Source: Gimesia aquarii
Lineage (GTDB): Bacteria > Planctomycetota > Planctomycetia > Planctomycetales > Planctomycetaceae
Assembly: GCF_007748175.1 (NCBI RefSeq)
Contig: NZ_CP037422.1
Location: 968,528-1,032,527 of the forward strand
Reading direction: 5' to 3'
Length of the DNA stretch: 64,000 bases
This document shows positions 8,296 through 18,883 of this stretch, piece by piece. The translations under genes and the position numbers were made by a program. Numbering within the stretch: position 1 is the stretch's first letter; every line of letters begins with the position of its first letter. A model generated the notes under the pieces. That model had not been told where the DNA came from, searched no databases, and saw nothing but the letters and a program-made list of their open reading frames with translations.

Positions 8296-11295
8296 ATGAA
8301 AGAAATGGATTCCCTTGTAGGACGCTGGATTGTTGTGATGGCTCTGGTCTTGTGCATGGCAGAAGCGACCATCTTTGCTCAAGGCATTCCGCCGGGAGAA
8401 GCCGCTCAGCGCATGACCGTCGCCGAGGGATTTGAGGTGAAACTTGTGGCCTCAGAGCCTCTAGTGCGTCAACCGGTGGCCATTGACTTTGATGATCGCG
8501 GCAGGATATGGGTCATGCAATACTTACAATATCCTAACCCGGCAGGGCTGAAACGCGTCAAAGTCGACCAGCACACGCGCTCAAAATACGACCGTGTCCC
8601 AAAACCACCCCCACATGGGCCAAAAGGGGCAGATCGATTGACGATTCTCGAAGACACAGACGGCGATGGTCGCATGGATCGCGCAAAGGATTTCGTGAAT
8701 GGCCTGAATCTTGCCTCTGGTTTTGCGTTTGGACATGGTGGAGTCTTTGTCTTACAGGCACCGTATCTACTCTTTTATCCCGATCGGAACCGTGATGATC
8801 TTCCCGATAGCGACCCGGAAGTATTGCTGACTGGGTTTGGCATGGATGATGCGAGTTCTGTCGCCAATTCTCTTACTTTTGGTCCGGATGGTTGGCTGTA
8901 TGGGTGCCAGGGTAGCACCGTGACTGCTGTGATTCGTGGCATCAAGTTTGTGCAGGCGATCTGGCGATATCATCCTGTTTCGAAGAAATTTGAACTATTC
9001 GCTGAAGGTGGCGGCAACATGTGGGGTCTGGACTTTGATCGCCATGGAAACCTGTTGGCCAGCACGAATGTCGGCGGATTTACCATGCTGCACATGGTAC
9101 AGGGGGGCTACTACTGGAAGCAATTCAGTAAACATGGCCCACTGCGAAACCCTTACACATTTGGCTATTTAGAACATATGCCACACAAAAACTTTCGTGG
9201 CGGACATGTGACTGTGGGCGGCACCCTTTATCAAGGAGATACATTTCCTGAAGAAATGCGCAACAAATATATCAGCACGAACTTGTTATCACACGAAATT
9301 CATTTTCATGAGATACAGCCAGATGGAACATCATTCCGTAGCGAGCATGGAGGAGAACTGGTCAAAGCCAATGACACCTGGTTTGCTCCAAATGATTTGA
9401 CAGTCGGACCAGATGGAGCAGTTTATTTTTCTGACTGGCACGATAAGCGAACCGCCCATCCGAATCCTGATGCTGACTGGGACCGCTCAAATGGCCGCAT
9501 TTTCCTGCTCCAGGCAAAAGGTGCTCGCTCAGAAAAACACAAAAATCTCCTGCAAATTCCAAGCGATCAATTGATCAGAATACTGGATCAATCTAACGAA
9601 TGGTATGTGCGCGCGGCAAGACGAGAACTAGTTACTCGAGGAGACAAAGGTATCTGGCCACAACTTCGCAACGTACTCTCCGAAAGTAAAAACGACCGAC
9701 TCACCCTCAATATACTTTGGACTCTGGCATCAATGGGAGGTCTGGACCAGCAAACGGCTCTGAAAGCACTCACACATCAAAACGAACATATTCGTGCCTG
9801 GACCGTTCGATTGCTGGGTGATGAGCAGAACATCTCGCCACCGGTTGCAGAACAATTCAATCGTTTGGCAAAGAGTGATCCCAGTGCCATTGTCCGCAGC
9901 CAACTGGCCAGCACGGCAGCACGGATTCCAGCCAAACAAGGTTTGTCAATTGCGCATACAATCTTACTGCGTAATGCAGACGGGAAAGATCCCTACATTC
10001 CGTTGTTGCTCTGGTGGGCCGTTGAGCAACACGCAATGTCTGCCATTGACGACATTGAACAACGGTTTGTTAATCAATCTGCGTGGCAGAACTCATTGAT
10101 TCGTGAAGAGATCCTGAACCGACTCATGCAACGCTTAGCGGTAGAAGCAACACCACGTACTTTGGCTGTCTGTAAGAAGTTAATTGAGAGTGCACCTTCT
10201 TCAATCGATGAACAGAACCTGTTGACATCGCTTGATGCGGGCCTGGCAATGGTAAGCAGAAGACGCATCAGAAAAAAGCGTCTTGAAGATCGTGTTCCTG
10301 CAGACCTCAAACAGTGGTTGGCAGAGAAATGGAACAGACAACCGTCAGATTTCACACTCATCAAACTAAATGGTCGGCTTGGCAACCGGGCTGTCGCGGA
10401 CTATGCACTGAAGGTAGTCACCAACGATCAAACAGAACAGCAACAACGAAGGACCATGTTCAATGTGTTGCGTCAGTTTGGTGATGCCTCAAGTATTGCA
10501 CCATTGTTACCTCTGCTGGCACCTCATCAACCAGCCTGGCTAAAACAAGCAACCATGGATGTTCTCGCACGGTATGACGATGAGCGTGTGGGGGAAACTC
10601 TTTTAAAAGCATACACTGACTACGATAGTAACTCACGTGCATATGCCCGCCGTGTACTGTTTGCCCGCCCAGAGTGGACCAAACGCTTTCTCACAGGAAT
10701 CGATGGCGGAATGTATGATCCTCGAGAAGTTTCTCTCGGCGAACTGACCTCACTTTCTAACTCTAAAGATGAATCGATCAAAGCACTCATTACCAAACAT
10801 TGGGGGCAGATCAATAGCAGTACTGCAGAACAGAAAATCACGGAAATTCGCCGTGTCCGATTTAATCTTAAAACGACCGGCGACCCAAAACGTGGTCACG
10901 GACTTTTCACAAAGCACTGTGCCACCTGCCATCAACTGTTCGGAGAAGGCAAAAAATTGGGTCCTGATCTGACAACCGCAAACCGCAAGGACCTGAACTA
11001 TTTGCTCGAAAGCATTATCAATCCCAATGCATTTATTCGAAAAGAGTTTGTATCTTCCGTCGTGCTCACACAGGATGGACGAGTCCTGACCGGAATTATC
11101 GTCAAAGAAACTCCTACTCAGATCGTACTGGCGGATAACAAAAACAAAGAATCCACTGTCCGACGTGAAGACATTGAAGAAATCCACAACGCATCCGTTT
11201 CACTGATGCCGGAGGATGTCTTGAAGCCATTAAAAGATCAGGAACTGCGCGATCTGTTTAGCTATTTACAGAGTGAAGGTACCAACAAACACTGA
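8296..11295 (+). CDS. PVC-type heme-binding protein: membrane-bound-dehydrogenase-like beta-propeller + HEAT repeats + C-terminal cytochrome c domain.
   Basis: Signal peptide. Glucose/sorbosone-dehydrogenase-like propeller region. HEAT-like helical repeats. CxxCH heme motif (CATCHQLFGEGKKLGPDL) near the C-terminus. This architecture is typical of Planctomycetes and Verrucomicrobia. Confidence 0.8.
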   Translation: MKEMDSLVGRWIVVMALVLCMAEATIFAQGIPPGEAAQRMTVAEGFEVKLVASEPLVRQPVAIDFDDRGRIWVMQYLQYPNPAGLKRVKVDQHTRSKYDRVPKPPPHGPKGADRLTILEDTDGDGRMDRAKDFVNGLNLASGFAFGHGGVFVLQAPYLLFYPDRNRDDLPDSDPEVLLTGFGMDDASSVANSLTFGPDGWLYGCQGSTVTAVIRGIKFVQAIWRYHPVSKKFELFAEGGGNMWGLDFDRHGNLLASTNVGGFTMLHMVQGGYYWKQFSKHGPLRNPYTFGYLEHMPHKNFRGGHVTVGGTLYQGDTFPEEMRNKYISTNLLSHEIHFHEIQPDGTSFRSEHGGELVKANDTWFAPNDLTVGPDGAVYFSDWHDKRTAHPNPDADWDRSNGRIFLLQAKGARSEKHKNLLQIPSDQLIRILDQSNEWYVRAARRELVTRGDKGIWPQLRNVLSESKNDRLTLNILWTLASMGGLDQQTALKALTHQNEHIRAWTVRLLGDEQNISPPVAEQFNRLAKSDPSAIVRSQLASTAARIPAKQGLSIAHTILLRNADGKDPYIPLLLWWAVEQHAMSAIDDIEQRFVNQSAWQNSLIREEILNRLMQRLAVEATPRTLAVCKKLIESAPSSIDEQNLLTSLDAGLAMVSRRRIRKKRLEDRVPADLKQWLAEKWNRQPSDFTLIKLNGRLGNRAVADYALKVVTNDQTEQQQRRTMFNVLRQFGDASSIAPLLPLLAPHQPAWLKQATMDVLARYDDERVGETLLKAYTDYDSNSRAYARRVLFARPEWTKRFLTGIDGGMYDPREVSLGELTSLSNSKDESIKALITKHWGQINSSTAEQKITEIRRVRFNLKTTGDPKRGHGLFTKHCATCHQLFGEGKKLGPDLTTANRKDLNYLLESIINPNAFIRKEFVSSVVLTQDGRVLTGIIVKETPTQIVLADNKNKESTVRREDIEEIHNASVSLMPEDVLKPLKDQELRDLFSYLQSEGTNKH

Positions 11296-11309
11296 AGTAG
11301 AGAAATAAA

Positions 11310-12437
11310 ATGAACCAGTACCTGGGCCAATCTTCGAAATCAAAACAATCTCAAACTACGATTTCACGTCGTCAATTTTTGAGTAGTAGTGTAGCAACAG
11401 TGGCTGGACTTTCGATGGTCTCTCGACTTGTTGCCGATGAAGAAAAAACCGATCTCGCAACAAATGCGAGTAAAGCGTTGATTGCCATTTCCTATGATCT
11501 GGAGATGTCTGCCGGTTATCCAATCAAAGGCAAACCACGAAACGCCTATCCCTGGGATCATCAAAAAGGGAACCTCAACGACGAAACAAAGCAATACACA
11601 GTGGAATCATGCCGCATAGTCAAAGAGGCGGGCGGTGTGCTGCATTCGTTTCTTGTGGGTCAGGTCTTGGAACATAAAAACGTTGACTGGCTCAAACAAA
11701 TCATTCAAGCAGGACATCCGATTGGCAATCATACTTACGATCATGTCAGAATTACGGCCAAAAATCCAAACGATATTCAATATCGATTCCAACGCGCTCC
11801 CTGGTTGATTAAAGGAAAAACACCCGCAGAAGTCATCTCAGAAAACATCAGACTATGTGAGTTGGCAATGCAACAGCGATTGGGTATCAAACCGGCCGGT
11901 TTCCGAACACCTTACGCTTTTGCCAATGGGATTGCGGACCGAGTCGACCTGCAGGAAATGTTACTCTCGCTGGGATACACGTGGATCAGTTCCCAATACA
12001 GAGGACCGAGCAATGTAAATCATAAGAATCCGACCAAAGCGGATTTCGATGCGTTTATCGCCACTCACAAACAACACCAGCCCTATGTTTATCCGACGGG
12101 TCTGATTGAAGTTCCTTTCTCACCCCCAATGGACGTTGGCGCTTTTCGTGCCAGGAGTTGGAAACTTGATGATTTCCTGCAACTCATTGAGAAGAGTGTT
12201 CTCTGGGCCATTGAAAACCGGGCAACTTATGACTTCGGAGTTCACCCCTCGGTCATGTATGTCGAGGACCCGGAGTTTAAAACCATCAAACTGATCTGCA
12301 ACCTTGTCAAAACGGCAGGTGACCGCGCCGCGATCGTTGATCTGGGCACCTTCGCCCGACGTGCCAGGCAGCAGTATGAAAAACAAAATCAAAAGAGAGC
12401 ACAACAGAAATCCGTTAACAATGAGAAATGTTTATGA
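11310..12437 (+). CDS. Tat-exported polysaccharide deacetylase (NodB-like) family protein.
   Basis: Twin-arginine signal (SRRQFLSSSVATVAGLS). His-rich motif GHPIGNHTYDHV resembling NodB motif 2 (HxxH). Confidence 0.5.
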   Translation: MNQYLGQSSKSKQSQTTISRRQFLSSSVATVAGLSMVSRLVADEEKTDLATNASKALIAISYDLEMSAGYPIKGKPRNAYPWDHQKGNLNDETKQYTVESCRIVKEAGGVLHSFLVGQVLEHKNVDWLKQIIQAGHPIGNHTYDHVRITAKNPNDIQYRFQRAPWLIKGKTPAEVISENIRLCELAMQQRLGIKPAGFRTPYAFANGIADRVDLQEMLLSLGYTWISSQYRGPSNVNHKNPTKADFDAFIATHKQHQPYVYPTGLIEVPFSPPMDVGAFRARSWKLDDFLQLIEKSVLWAIENRATYDFGVHPSVMYVEDPEFKTIKLICNLVKTAGDRAAIVDLGTFARRARQQYEKQNQKRAQQKSVNNEKCL

Positions 12438-12559
12438 AAAATCTCACGGCTTCACACAATTGACTTACTGCAATCAATAGCTCATTTGCTCCTGCTCCTG
12501 CAGAGCAAAGTATAGATTAAATCATCATTTCATTCTTTTCATCAAAAAGGGGATTCGTC

Positions 12560-13486
12560 ATGCAAAAGCAATCTGGCAAATGCCGCGGATTTACTCTGAT
12601 CGAGTTGTTAGTCGTAATCGCGATCATCGCAATACTGATTGCGTTGTTACTACCGGCTGTTCAACAGGCGCGCGAAGCCGCACGCCGCTCTCAATGCCGA
12701 AATAATCTCAAGCAGCTTGGGTTGGGGCTTCATAATTATCACGACGTACATCGCGCACTCCCAGCACTGTGGTATTTAAGATCTACAGGGGGAACCGGAC
12801 ACACAGGTTTCACAATGCTCCTGCCATTCATTGATCAGGCAAATCTCTATAACAGAGTCGATTTTAACATTGAACCGTGGAGACACCCTGAAAGCGAATT
12901 CCTGCAACTTGCCGTCATTGGACTATTTCGTTGCCCTTCTGATCCAGGATCAGTCAACAACTTCGATTATCCGGTCATTCCGTTAATTTCGACTCGAGGT
13001 AACTATTGCCTCAACATTGGTGTCGGAGGTTGGACTCCACGAGATACGAGAACTCCCAAACCAAACGCGGTTTTTTCACCTGTCAGCAGAACCCGTTTTC
13101 GAGACTTTACCGATGGTACCAGTAATGTTGTCCTACTCGCAGAAGTACTCGGAGGCTTAACCAACGACGCCCGTGGTTCGTGGCAGACAACCGATGTCTG
13201 TTATTACCGTCACGATCGAACGCCCAACACCAGAATCCAGGACGAAGTGCGGGGAGGAACTTTTAAATACTGTGATGAGACCACGACAGGACCAGCACCT
13301 TGTCGGCATTCTTCGAGTAGTAATGATTTTCATGCCTGGCACTTAGCTGCACGCAGCATGCATGAAGGTGGAGTTCATGTGCTGTTAGGCGACGGAGCTG
13401 TCCGTTTTGTGAGTGAAAATATCGACATCAATACTTGGCAGAACCTGGGAAGACCACAGGATGGTATACCACTGGGTGAATTTTAA
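12560..13486 (+). CDS. DUF1559 protein (prepilin-type N-terminal methylation domain, H-X9-DG family).
   Basis: N-terminal [34 protein letters not shown] (type IV pilin-like cleavage/methylation motif). Characteristic of the planctomycete DUF1559 family. Confidence 0.9.
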   Translation: MQKQSGKCRGFTLIELLVVIAIIAILIALLLPAVQQAREAARRSQCRNNLKQLGLGLHNYHDVHRALPALWYLRSTGGTGHTGFTMLLPFIDQANLYNRVDFNIEPWRHPESEFLQLAVIGLFRCPSDPGSVNNFDYPVIPLISTRGNYCLNIGVGGWTPRDTRTPKPNAVFSPVSRTRFRDFTDGTSNVVLLAEVLGGLTNDARGSWQTTDVCYYRHDRTPNTRIQDEVRGGTFKYCDETTTGPAPCRHSSSSNDFHAWHLAARSMHEGGVHVLLGDGAVRFVSENIDINTWQNLGRPQDGIPLGEF

Positions 13487-13572
13487 GAAGACACTCAACG
13501 ATGTGCAAAGGCGGTATTGTTCCCTACGCATACATAATACCATTCTTCAGTATATTTTAACGAGGTAATGTC

Positions 13573-14013
13573 ATGCTAAGAAAATCAGGGAGAAAGACAT
13601 CTGGCGCGCTAGCCATTGCTCTGATTGTAGCGATGACTGTCGGTTGTGGAGAGAAAGAAACTGGGCCGGAGCGCGCCACGATCAATGGAACTGTCACCTT
13701 TAACGGAAAGCCCATTGAGAATGGAATGATTGAGTTCATTCCCACTGGCAACACCAAAGGCCCTACCTCCGGAGGTGCTATCGAAAATGGCAAGTACGAC
13801 ATTGCTGAAAAAGGCCCGACGCTCGGCCCTCATAAAGTGCAGATTCGAGCAACTCGCAATACCGGCAAGATGGTAGACGCAGGACCGCAAACCGGAGGTG
13901 CTAAGGTAGAAGAAACGGAGCAATATATTCCTGCTCAATATAATATCAAAACTACGCTAGAGGTAACTATTTTATCTGGAATAAACAAACAGGATTTCAA
14001 TCTTAACAAATGA
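13573..14013 (+). CDS. Small lipoprotein with a carboxypeptidase-regulatory-like beta domain. This is the usual partner of DUF1559 genes.
   Basis: Lipobox (IVAMTVGCGEKE). Gly-rich beta-sandwich-like sequence (INGTVTFNGKPIENGMIEF). Sits immediately downstream of the DUF1559 gene. Confidence 0.7.
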   Translation: MLRKSGRKTSGALAIALIVAMTVGCGEKETGPERATINGTVTFNGKPIENGMIEFIPTGNTKGPTSGGAIENGKYDIAEKGPTLGPHKVQIRATRNTGKMVDAGPQTGGAKVEETEQYIPAQYNIKTTLEVTILSGINKQDFNLNK

Positions 14014-14088
14014 TCTTTTTCGATTGAATTATTTTCATGAAATTGTAATTGAAGTTAGCAAAAAAATGATCACAACTATTATCTTCTG

Positions 14089-15897
14089 TTGAATCAAAAG
14101 GAAACCATAATGTGTTCGCGTTTGGTACTAATGACTGTTGTGGCTCTACTGTCAGTCATCGAAACATCCATCAGTCTCGCGGATTCAGAGTCTGACATTA
14201 AATCTGGAAATAATACGAGGTTGCAATCAACCGCCAGTAAATTCTTCCAACTCGAATACACCAAGCCTGATCTTAGTTTTTGTAATGCACAGATTTGTGT
14301 CGACTCTGACAATGATGGTCAACGAGAGTTACTGTTTGCCTCACGAAAAACCAAAAAATTACAGATGCTGCGGGCCAGCGATGGCACTGTGATCTGGAGC
14401 AAGAAATTGGCGGGAAGTCAGCAGAGTATTTCGGCCTACGATTTGAACGGTGATGGCAAAATCGAAATTCTTTATACCGTTTCCAGTCCCGGGCGTCTGT
14501 ACGTGCTCGACCATACCGGGAACATGCTCCGACAATGGGATTCCAGTGACTTCAAACTCGGAAATTCGGCAGTGATTGTTGACGCCGACGGAGATGGACA
14601 GCTTGACGGGTTATTTGGTTCTCGGTCAAAGTATCTTCTGCGTCTCAACATGGCGGATTTGAAACTCAGTGAGCGGCGTGCAGGTTGGGCTCAATGTGGC
14701 TGTCACACGACAGCAATGGATGTGGATCGAGATGGTCGATGGGACTTCTTCGCAGGTTCCGGCGACGATTCGCGCGGCAAGAAGGGAGTGTTACATCGTA
14801 TTGACCCGATCACGCTAAAGAGCCTCTGGTCGTACAAGACAAACGATAACGCTTCAAGTGCGGATCCGGTATTGGTTGATATCGACAATGATGGACAAGT
14901 CGAAATCATCAAGTCGGTTGACAATTATGCAAGAGATGATGCACACGATGCCATTTACGCTTTTGAAACGAATGGCACACTGCTTTGGAAAGTACCAGAC
15001 TTGAGTGGTGAAGATTCACCGAACGTAGCAGATCTGGATGGCGATGGAGAAATGGAAATCGTCGGTATGACATTTCAAAACGAGGTCTATTGTCTGGACG
15101 CAAAAGGGCATATCAAGTGGCGCAGGAATCTGCGTCCCGAACTCAAGCATCAGAACTCGCATGCTTATTTGACACCAATTCTCTGTGATATTAACGGTGA
15201 TCAAAAAATGGAGATTCTGGCACTGACCAATGGGAAGTATTTTGATAACACACAAAAATTTTCCAATAAGAAGACACGAGCGAATGGAATCGTCTATGCC
15301 CTCTCGGCGGAAGGAGAGATCCTTGATCGCTTCGACGTTGGTGGACCACGCTATTGGGGGGACGCCTATGTTTGTAATCTTGACGAGGATCCTTTTTTGG
15401 AGTTGGTGATCACAGGGAGCGGCGGATTAGATGTGATCGAAACACGCGGTTTTGGTGCCAATACCGAACATTTTCAACGCCGTCGCAACTATCAGCGACT
15501 GAATGTAGTTCCCTGGGCGTATGAAGATTCCTATTTCATCTATCGAGGCGCCAAAAAGGGAGTTGTCAATCTGACAGATAATCTGGTGCTAAACAAACAA
15601 GTTGGCAAATATCGTTCGACTGGTATGTTTACAACAGAACTGCTCACGCTCCCTCCCAATGGTCGGTTTAACAAACTGAATTATGCTGTACGCACACCAA
15701 ACCAGACATCAATCGAGGTGAATATCTTGGATCAAACCGGGAAAACAATCCGTTCCCATGTTTCAAGTGGTTCCCAGTTGAAAATTGATGAGCCTGTGCA
15801 ACTGGAATTCATTTTCTTAACAACAGATCAATCTTACACACCCATCCTTGATTCTTATTCGCTGTCGTTTAACCTTAAGGAAGATGAAATCAAATAA
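14089..15897 (+). CDS. FG-GAP/VCBS repeat (integrin-alpha-like beta-propeller) secreted protein.
   Basis: Signal peptide. Seven FG-GAP-type repeats (DSDNDGQRELLF, DLNGDGKIEILY, DADGDGQLDGLFG, DVDRDGRWDFFAG, DIDNDGQVEII, DLDGDGEMEIVG, DINGDQKMEILA). Confidence 0.8.
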   Translation: MNQKETIMCSRLVLMTVVALLSVIETSISLADSESDIKSGNNTRLQSTASKFFQLEYTKPDLSFCNAQICVDSDNDGQRELLFASRKTKKLQMLRASDGTVIWSKKLAGSQQSISAYDLNGDGKIEILYTVSSPGRLYVLDHTGNMLRQWDSSDFKLGNSAVIVDADGDGQLDGLFGSRSKYLLRLNMADLKLSERRAGWAQCGCHTTAMDVDRDGRWDFFAGSGDDSRGKKGVLHRIDPITLKSLWSYKTNDNASSADPVLVDIDNDGQVEIIKSVDNYARDDAHDAIYAFETNGTLLWKVPDLSGEDSPNVADLDGDGEMEIVGMTFQNEVYCLDAKGHIKWRRNLRPELKHQNSHAYLTPILCDINGDQKMEILALTNGKYFDNTQKFSNKKTRANGIVYALSAEGEILDRFDVGGPRYWGDAYVCNLDEDPFLELVITGSGGLDVIETRGFGANTEHFQRRRNYQRLNVVPWAYEDSYFIYRGAKKGVVNLTDNLVLNKQVGKYRSTGMFTTELLTLPPNGRFNKLNYAVRTPNQTSIEVNILDQTGKTIRSHVSSGSQLKIDEPVQLEFIFLTTDQSYTPILDSYSLSFNLKEDEIK

Positions 15898-15936
15898 TTT
15901 AGTATCTTTTTCTAATGAACGACAGGAATCGGGTTT

Positions 15937-16794
15937 GTGAATCGTTTCAGTCTCTCCTTGTTTTTCGTTTATAGCACAACCATATTACCTGCAGCAGAGC
16001 CTGTGAATCTGAATAGCCTGCCGAATGACTTACAGGTTCCTGCTATGATCAAAGGCAAACCACAGGCGGGAAAGCGGGTCTGGCAGCAAAATCCCGGATA
16101 CGAGACAACAGAAATCGCACACGCCCTTTATCTCCCCACGAATTGGATGCCCGGCCGAAAATACCCCGTGATCGTGGAGTATCCGGGAAACGGAAGTTAT
16201 ACGAATGCACTTCAAGACCGTAGTGATGGACGCGTACAGGATTGCAAGCTGGGCTATGGCTTGTCAGGTGGAACGGGTATGATCTGGGTCAGTCTGCCTT
16301 TTGTGGATCCCAAAACCGGCAAACATGCGATCAAATGGTGGGGCGATCCCGCCGCCACCGCGGATTACTGCAAACAAACGGTCGCCCGGATTTGTAAAGA
16401 ATTTGGTGGTGATCCCCAAAACGTGATTCTCACCGGCTTTTCACGCGGTGCGATTGCCTGCAACTATATCGGCCTTCGGGATGATGAAATCGCGTCGCTT
16501 TGGAAAGCAATGCTGCCGCACAGTCATTACGATGGTGTGCGAAAGTGGAGCTATCCTGATAGCGACATCGCTTCTGCGCACAAACGGCTGGCCCGGCTTG
16601 GGAAGCGACGTCAGCTCATTACTCACGAAAAGAGTACTCGCGCAACAGAAGAGTATCTCAAAAAGTCGAACTCAAAAGGCGAATTCACCTTCCTCGCGAT
16701 CCCCTACCCCAATCATTCCGACGAATGGGTATTGAAAAATCTGCCCGAACGAACCGAGGCCCGCCAATGGCTCTCCGACGTCCTGAAGCAGTAA
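15937..16794 (+). CDS. Alpha/beta-hydrolase fold esterase (PHB-depolymerase/predicted-esterase type), secreted.
   Basis: Signal peptide. Nucleophile elbow VILTGFSRGAI (GxSxG). Confidence 0.5.
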   Translation: MNRFSLSLFFVYSTTILPAAEPVNLNSLPNDLQVPAMIKGKPQAGKRVWQQNPGYETTEIAHALYLPTNWMPGRKYPVIVEYPGNGSYTNALQDRSDGRVQDCKLGYGLSGGTGMIWVSLPFVDPKTGKHAIKWWGDPAATADYCKQTVARICKEFGGDPQNVILTGFSRGAIACNYIGLRDDEIASLWKAMLPHSHYDGVRKWSYPDSDIASAHKRLARLGKRRQLITHEKSTRATEEYLKKSNSKGEFTFLAIPYPNHSDEWVLKNLPERTEARQWLSDVLKQ

Positions 16795-16863
16795 CCATCG
16801 TTGATCTATACTCCCCTGTACGATAGATTGAAGTGTGTACTTCACTGATAAGGAGAGAATTCA

Positions 16864-17985
16864 ATGGCAAAACAAACAATGCGAATTATTTTATCACTGA
16901 TAGTCATAACAACAACGGCTCAGCTATCCTTACAATCTGTGAACGCTCAGATTGAAAAGCGCCCCCATATTAAAATCCGTGGTGTTTATGGTGGCGTTCC
17001 CACACAATTACTGGAACAGAATAAGACATTGCCGGAGTTGGGAATCAATGCGATCTTTATGGGATCGGGTGGCCTGACACAGGAACGCGTTGCGCTTCTC
17101 AAAAAACAAGGGGCGAAAGTCTTCGCTGAGTTCAATACACTTCATGTCGCCAACTATCTTAAAGAACATCCCGACGCCGCCCCCATTGGCGTCGATGGAA
17201 AGGTTTGTCCCGCTCCCCAGGGTTGGCAAGGGATCTGCCCCACCCATCCTGGCTATCGCAATTATCGTATGGATGAATTTCGTAGAGTGCTCAAGGAATT
17301 CGAGATTGACGGCATCTGGCTCGACTACCATCACAGCCACGCCAGTTGGGAACGAGCGGTCCCGGACATGCCCGACACCTGTTTCTGCGAACGTTGCCTG
17401 AAACAGTTCCAGCGCGAGACGAAAACAAATTTACCCGATGCACCCGCATCGGAACTCTCAAAACAACTTTTGGGAAAACAGAAAGAGACCTGGGTCCAGT
17501 GGCGGTGTGATGTCTTTACAGACTGGGTCCGCGAGTTTCGTTCGATTATTGATGAGATGCGACCTCAAGCTCTCTTAGGCACATTTCACTGTCCCTGGAC
17601 AGACACCGATTTCAACGGCGCGCTCAAAAATAAACTGGCTATCGACCTCAAAGCACAGGCAAAATATGTGTATATTTTCAGTATCATGCCCTACCACGCC
17701 CGCTTCAATCATCCGCATGATCCGGCCTGGATTTCGCGCCAGACGTCCTGGCTGGGAAAGCATCTCGGCATTAAAGGCAATCCAGGAGAACAGCACAAAA
17801 TCTGGCCAATCGTGCAACTCTCGGACTGGGGAGAGTCGGTGCCTGTCGAACAGGTCAATTCTGTATTGGATCACGGAACACGCTTACCGGCCACGGGAGT
17901 CATGGTCTTTCGCTGGGGTTCATTGCATCCCCAAACCGAAAAAGTAGATGCCATGATTAAGTCTTATCAATCCCTGAAACCATAA
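16864..17985 (+). CDS. Secreted hypothetical protein, possibly a glycoside-hydrolase-like TIM-barrel protein.
   Basis: Signal peptide (IVITTTAQLSLQSVNAQ). Good coding statistics. No firm motif (GIWLDYHHSHASWE). Confidence 0.45.
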   Translation: MAKQTMRIILSLIVITTTAQLSLQSVNAQIEKRPHIKIRGVYGGVPTQLLEQNKTLPELGINAIFMGSGGLTQERVALLKKQGAKVFAEFNTLHVANYLKEHPDAAPIGVDGKVCPAPQGWQGICPTHPGYRNYRMDEFRRVLKEFEIDGIWLDYHHSHASWERAVPDMPDTCFCERCLKQFQRETKTNLPDAPASELSKQLLGKQKETWVQWRCDVFTDWVREFRSIIDEMRPQALLGTFHCPWTDTDFNGALKNKLAIDLKAQAKYVYIFSIMPYHARFNHPHDPAWISRQTSWLGKHLGIKGNPGEQHKIWPIVQLSDWGESVPVEQVNSVLDHGTRLPATGVMVFRWGSLHPQTEKVDAMIKSYQSLKP

Positions 17986-18077
17986 ACGTCAGTTTTTTCT
18001 TTTCGTTGACATTCTGAGATGCGCGATCTATAAACAATACGGATAATAACCACCCCGCTTAAGGACTAATCGCGACT

Positions 18078-18866
18078 ATGTTAACTGTCATCTCTCCCGC
18101 AAAATCTTTGAATCTGGAACCGCAAAAACAGACTTCGAAATTCTCGACGCCTGAATTTCTCGACGAATCAGAAAAACTCGTCAAGAAACTACGACGCATG
18201 TCTCGAAAATCACTGAGCGAACTCATGGGCATTAGTGCGGATTTGGCGGAGTTGAACCACAGTCGTTTTGCAGAATGGTCACTCCCTTTCTCTACCAAAA
18301 ATTCAAAACAGGCGGTTCTCACGTTTAATGGCGACGTCTATCAGGGACTCAAAGCAAGTCGTTTCAAAGCACGCGACCTTGCTTTCGCACAAGATCATTT
18401 ACGAATTCTCTCTGGCTTGTACGGTCTGCTGCGTCCGCTGGATCTAATGCAGGCTTATCGGCTTGAAATGGGGACAGGTCTGTCGACCAAGAGCGGTAAA
18501 ACACTGTATGATTTCTGGGGAGAAAAGATCACGGACAGGCTCAATGAAGTTCTCTCAACACACAAACAGAAGGTGTTGGTGAATCTGGCTTCGAATGAAT
18601 ACTTCAAAGCAGTCAAACCCGGTTTGTTGAAGGGGCGCGTGATTACCCCTGTCTTTAAGGAAATCAAAGATGGAAAATCACGCACGATTGCCCTGTTCGC
18701 CAAACAGGCGCGCGGGAAAATGGCGGGCTGGATGATTCTGAATCGGATAGACAAGCCAGAGGAACTCACAGGGTTTAATGTCGACAAATATAAATACGTC
18801 GCCAAAGAATCGACTGCTGACAAACTGGTCTTTGCGCGTCCTCAACCGCCGCCGGTCGGAAAATGA
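18078..18866 (+). CDS. yaaA: Peroxide stress protein YaaA (UPF0246/DUF328).
   Basis: N-terminal MLTVISPAKSLN is the hallmark start of YaaA. Length 262 aa matches the family. Confidence 0.9.
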   Translation: MLTVISPAKSLNLEPQKQTSKFSTPEFLDESEKLVKKLRRMSRKSLSELMGISADLAELNHSRFAEWSLPFSTKNSKQAVLTFNGDVYQGLKASRFKARDLAFAQDHLRILSGLYGLLRPLDLMQAYRLEMGTGLSTKSGKTLYDFWGEKITDRLNEVLSTHKQKVLVNLASNEYFKAVKPGLLKGRVITPVFKEIKDGKSRTIALFAKQARGKMAGWMILNRIDKPEELTGFNVDKYKYVAKESTADKLVFARPQPPPVGK

Positions 18867-18883
18867 ATCGAGCTTTCCCAGAC

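Noticed and set aside
8469-11187. Numerous 60-145-aa ORFs on both strands inside the 999-aa heme-binding gene. The same applies to short ORFs inside the BlaR1, STK, ABC and sulfatase genes.
   Set aside because: They are all nested in or antisense to long, motif-supported genes. Their proteins are Arg/Ser/Cys-rich, as is typical of out-of-frame translation.
12560-14013. DUF1559 + lipoprotein pair as a novel system
   Set aside because: This pairing is extremely common and multi-copy in Planctomycetota genomes. It is reported as a feature but is not novel.
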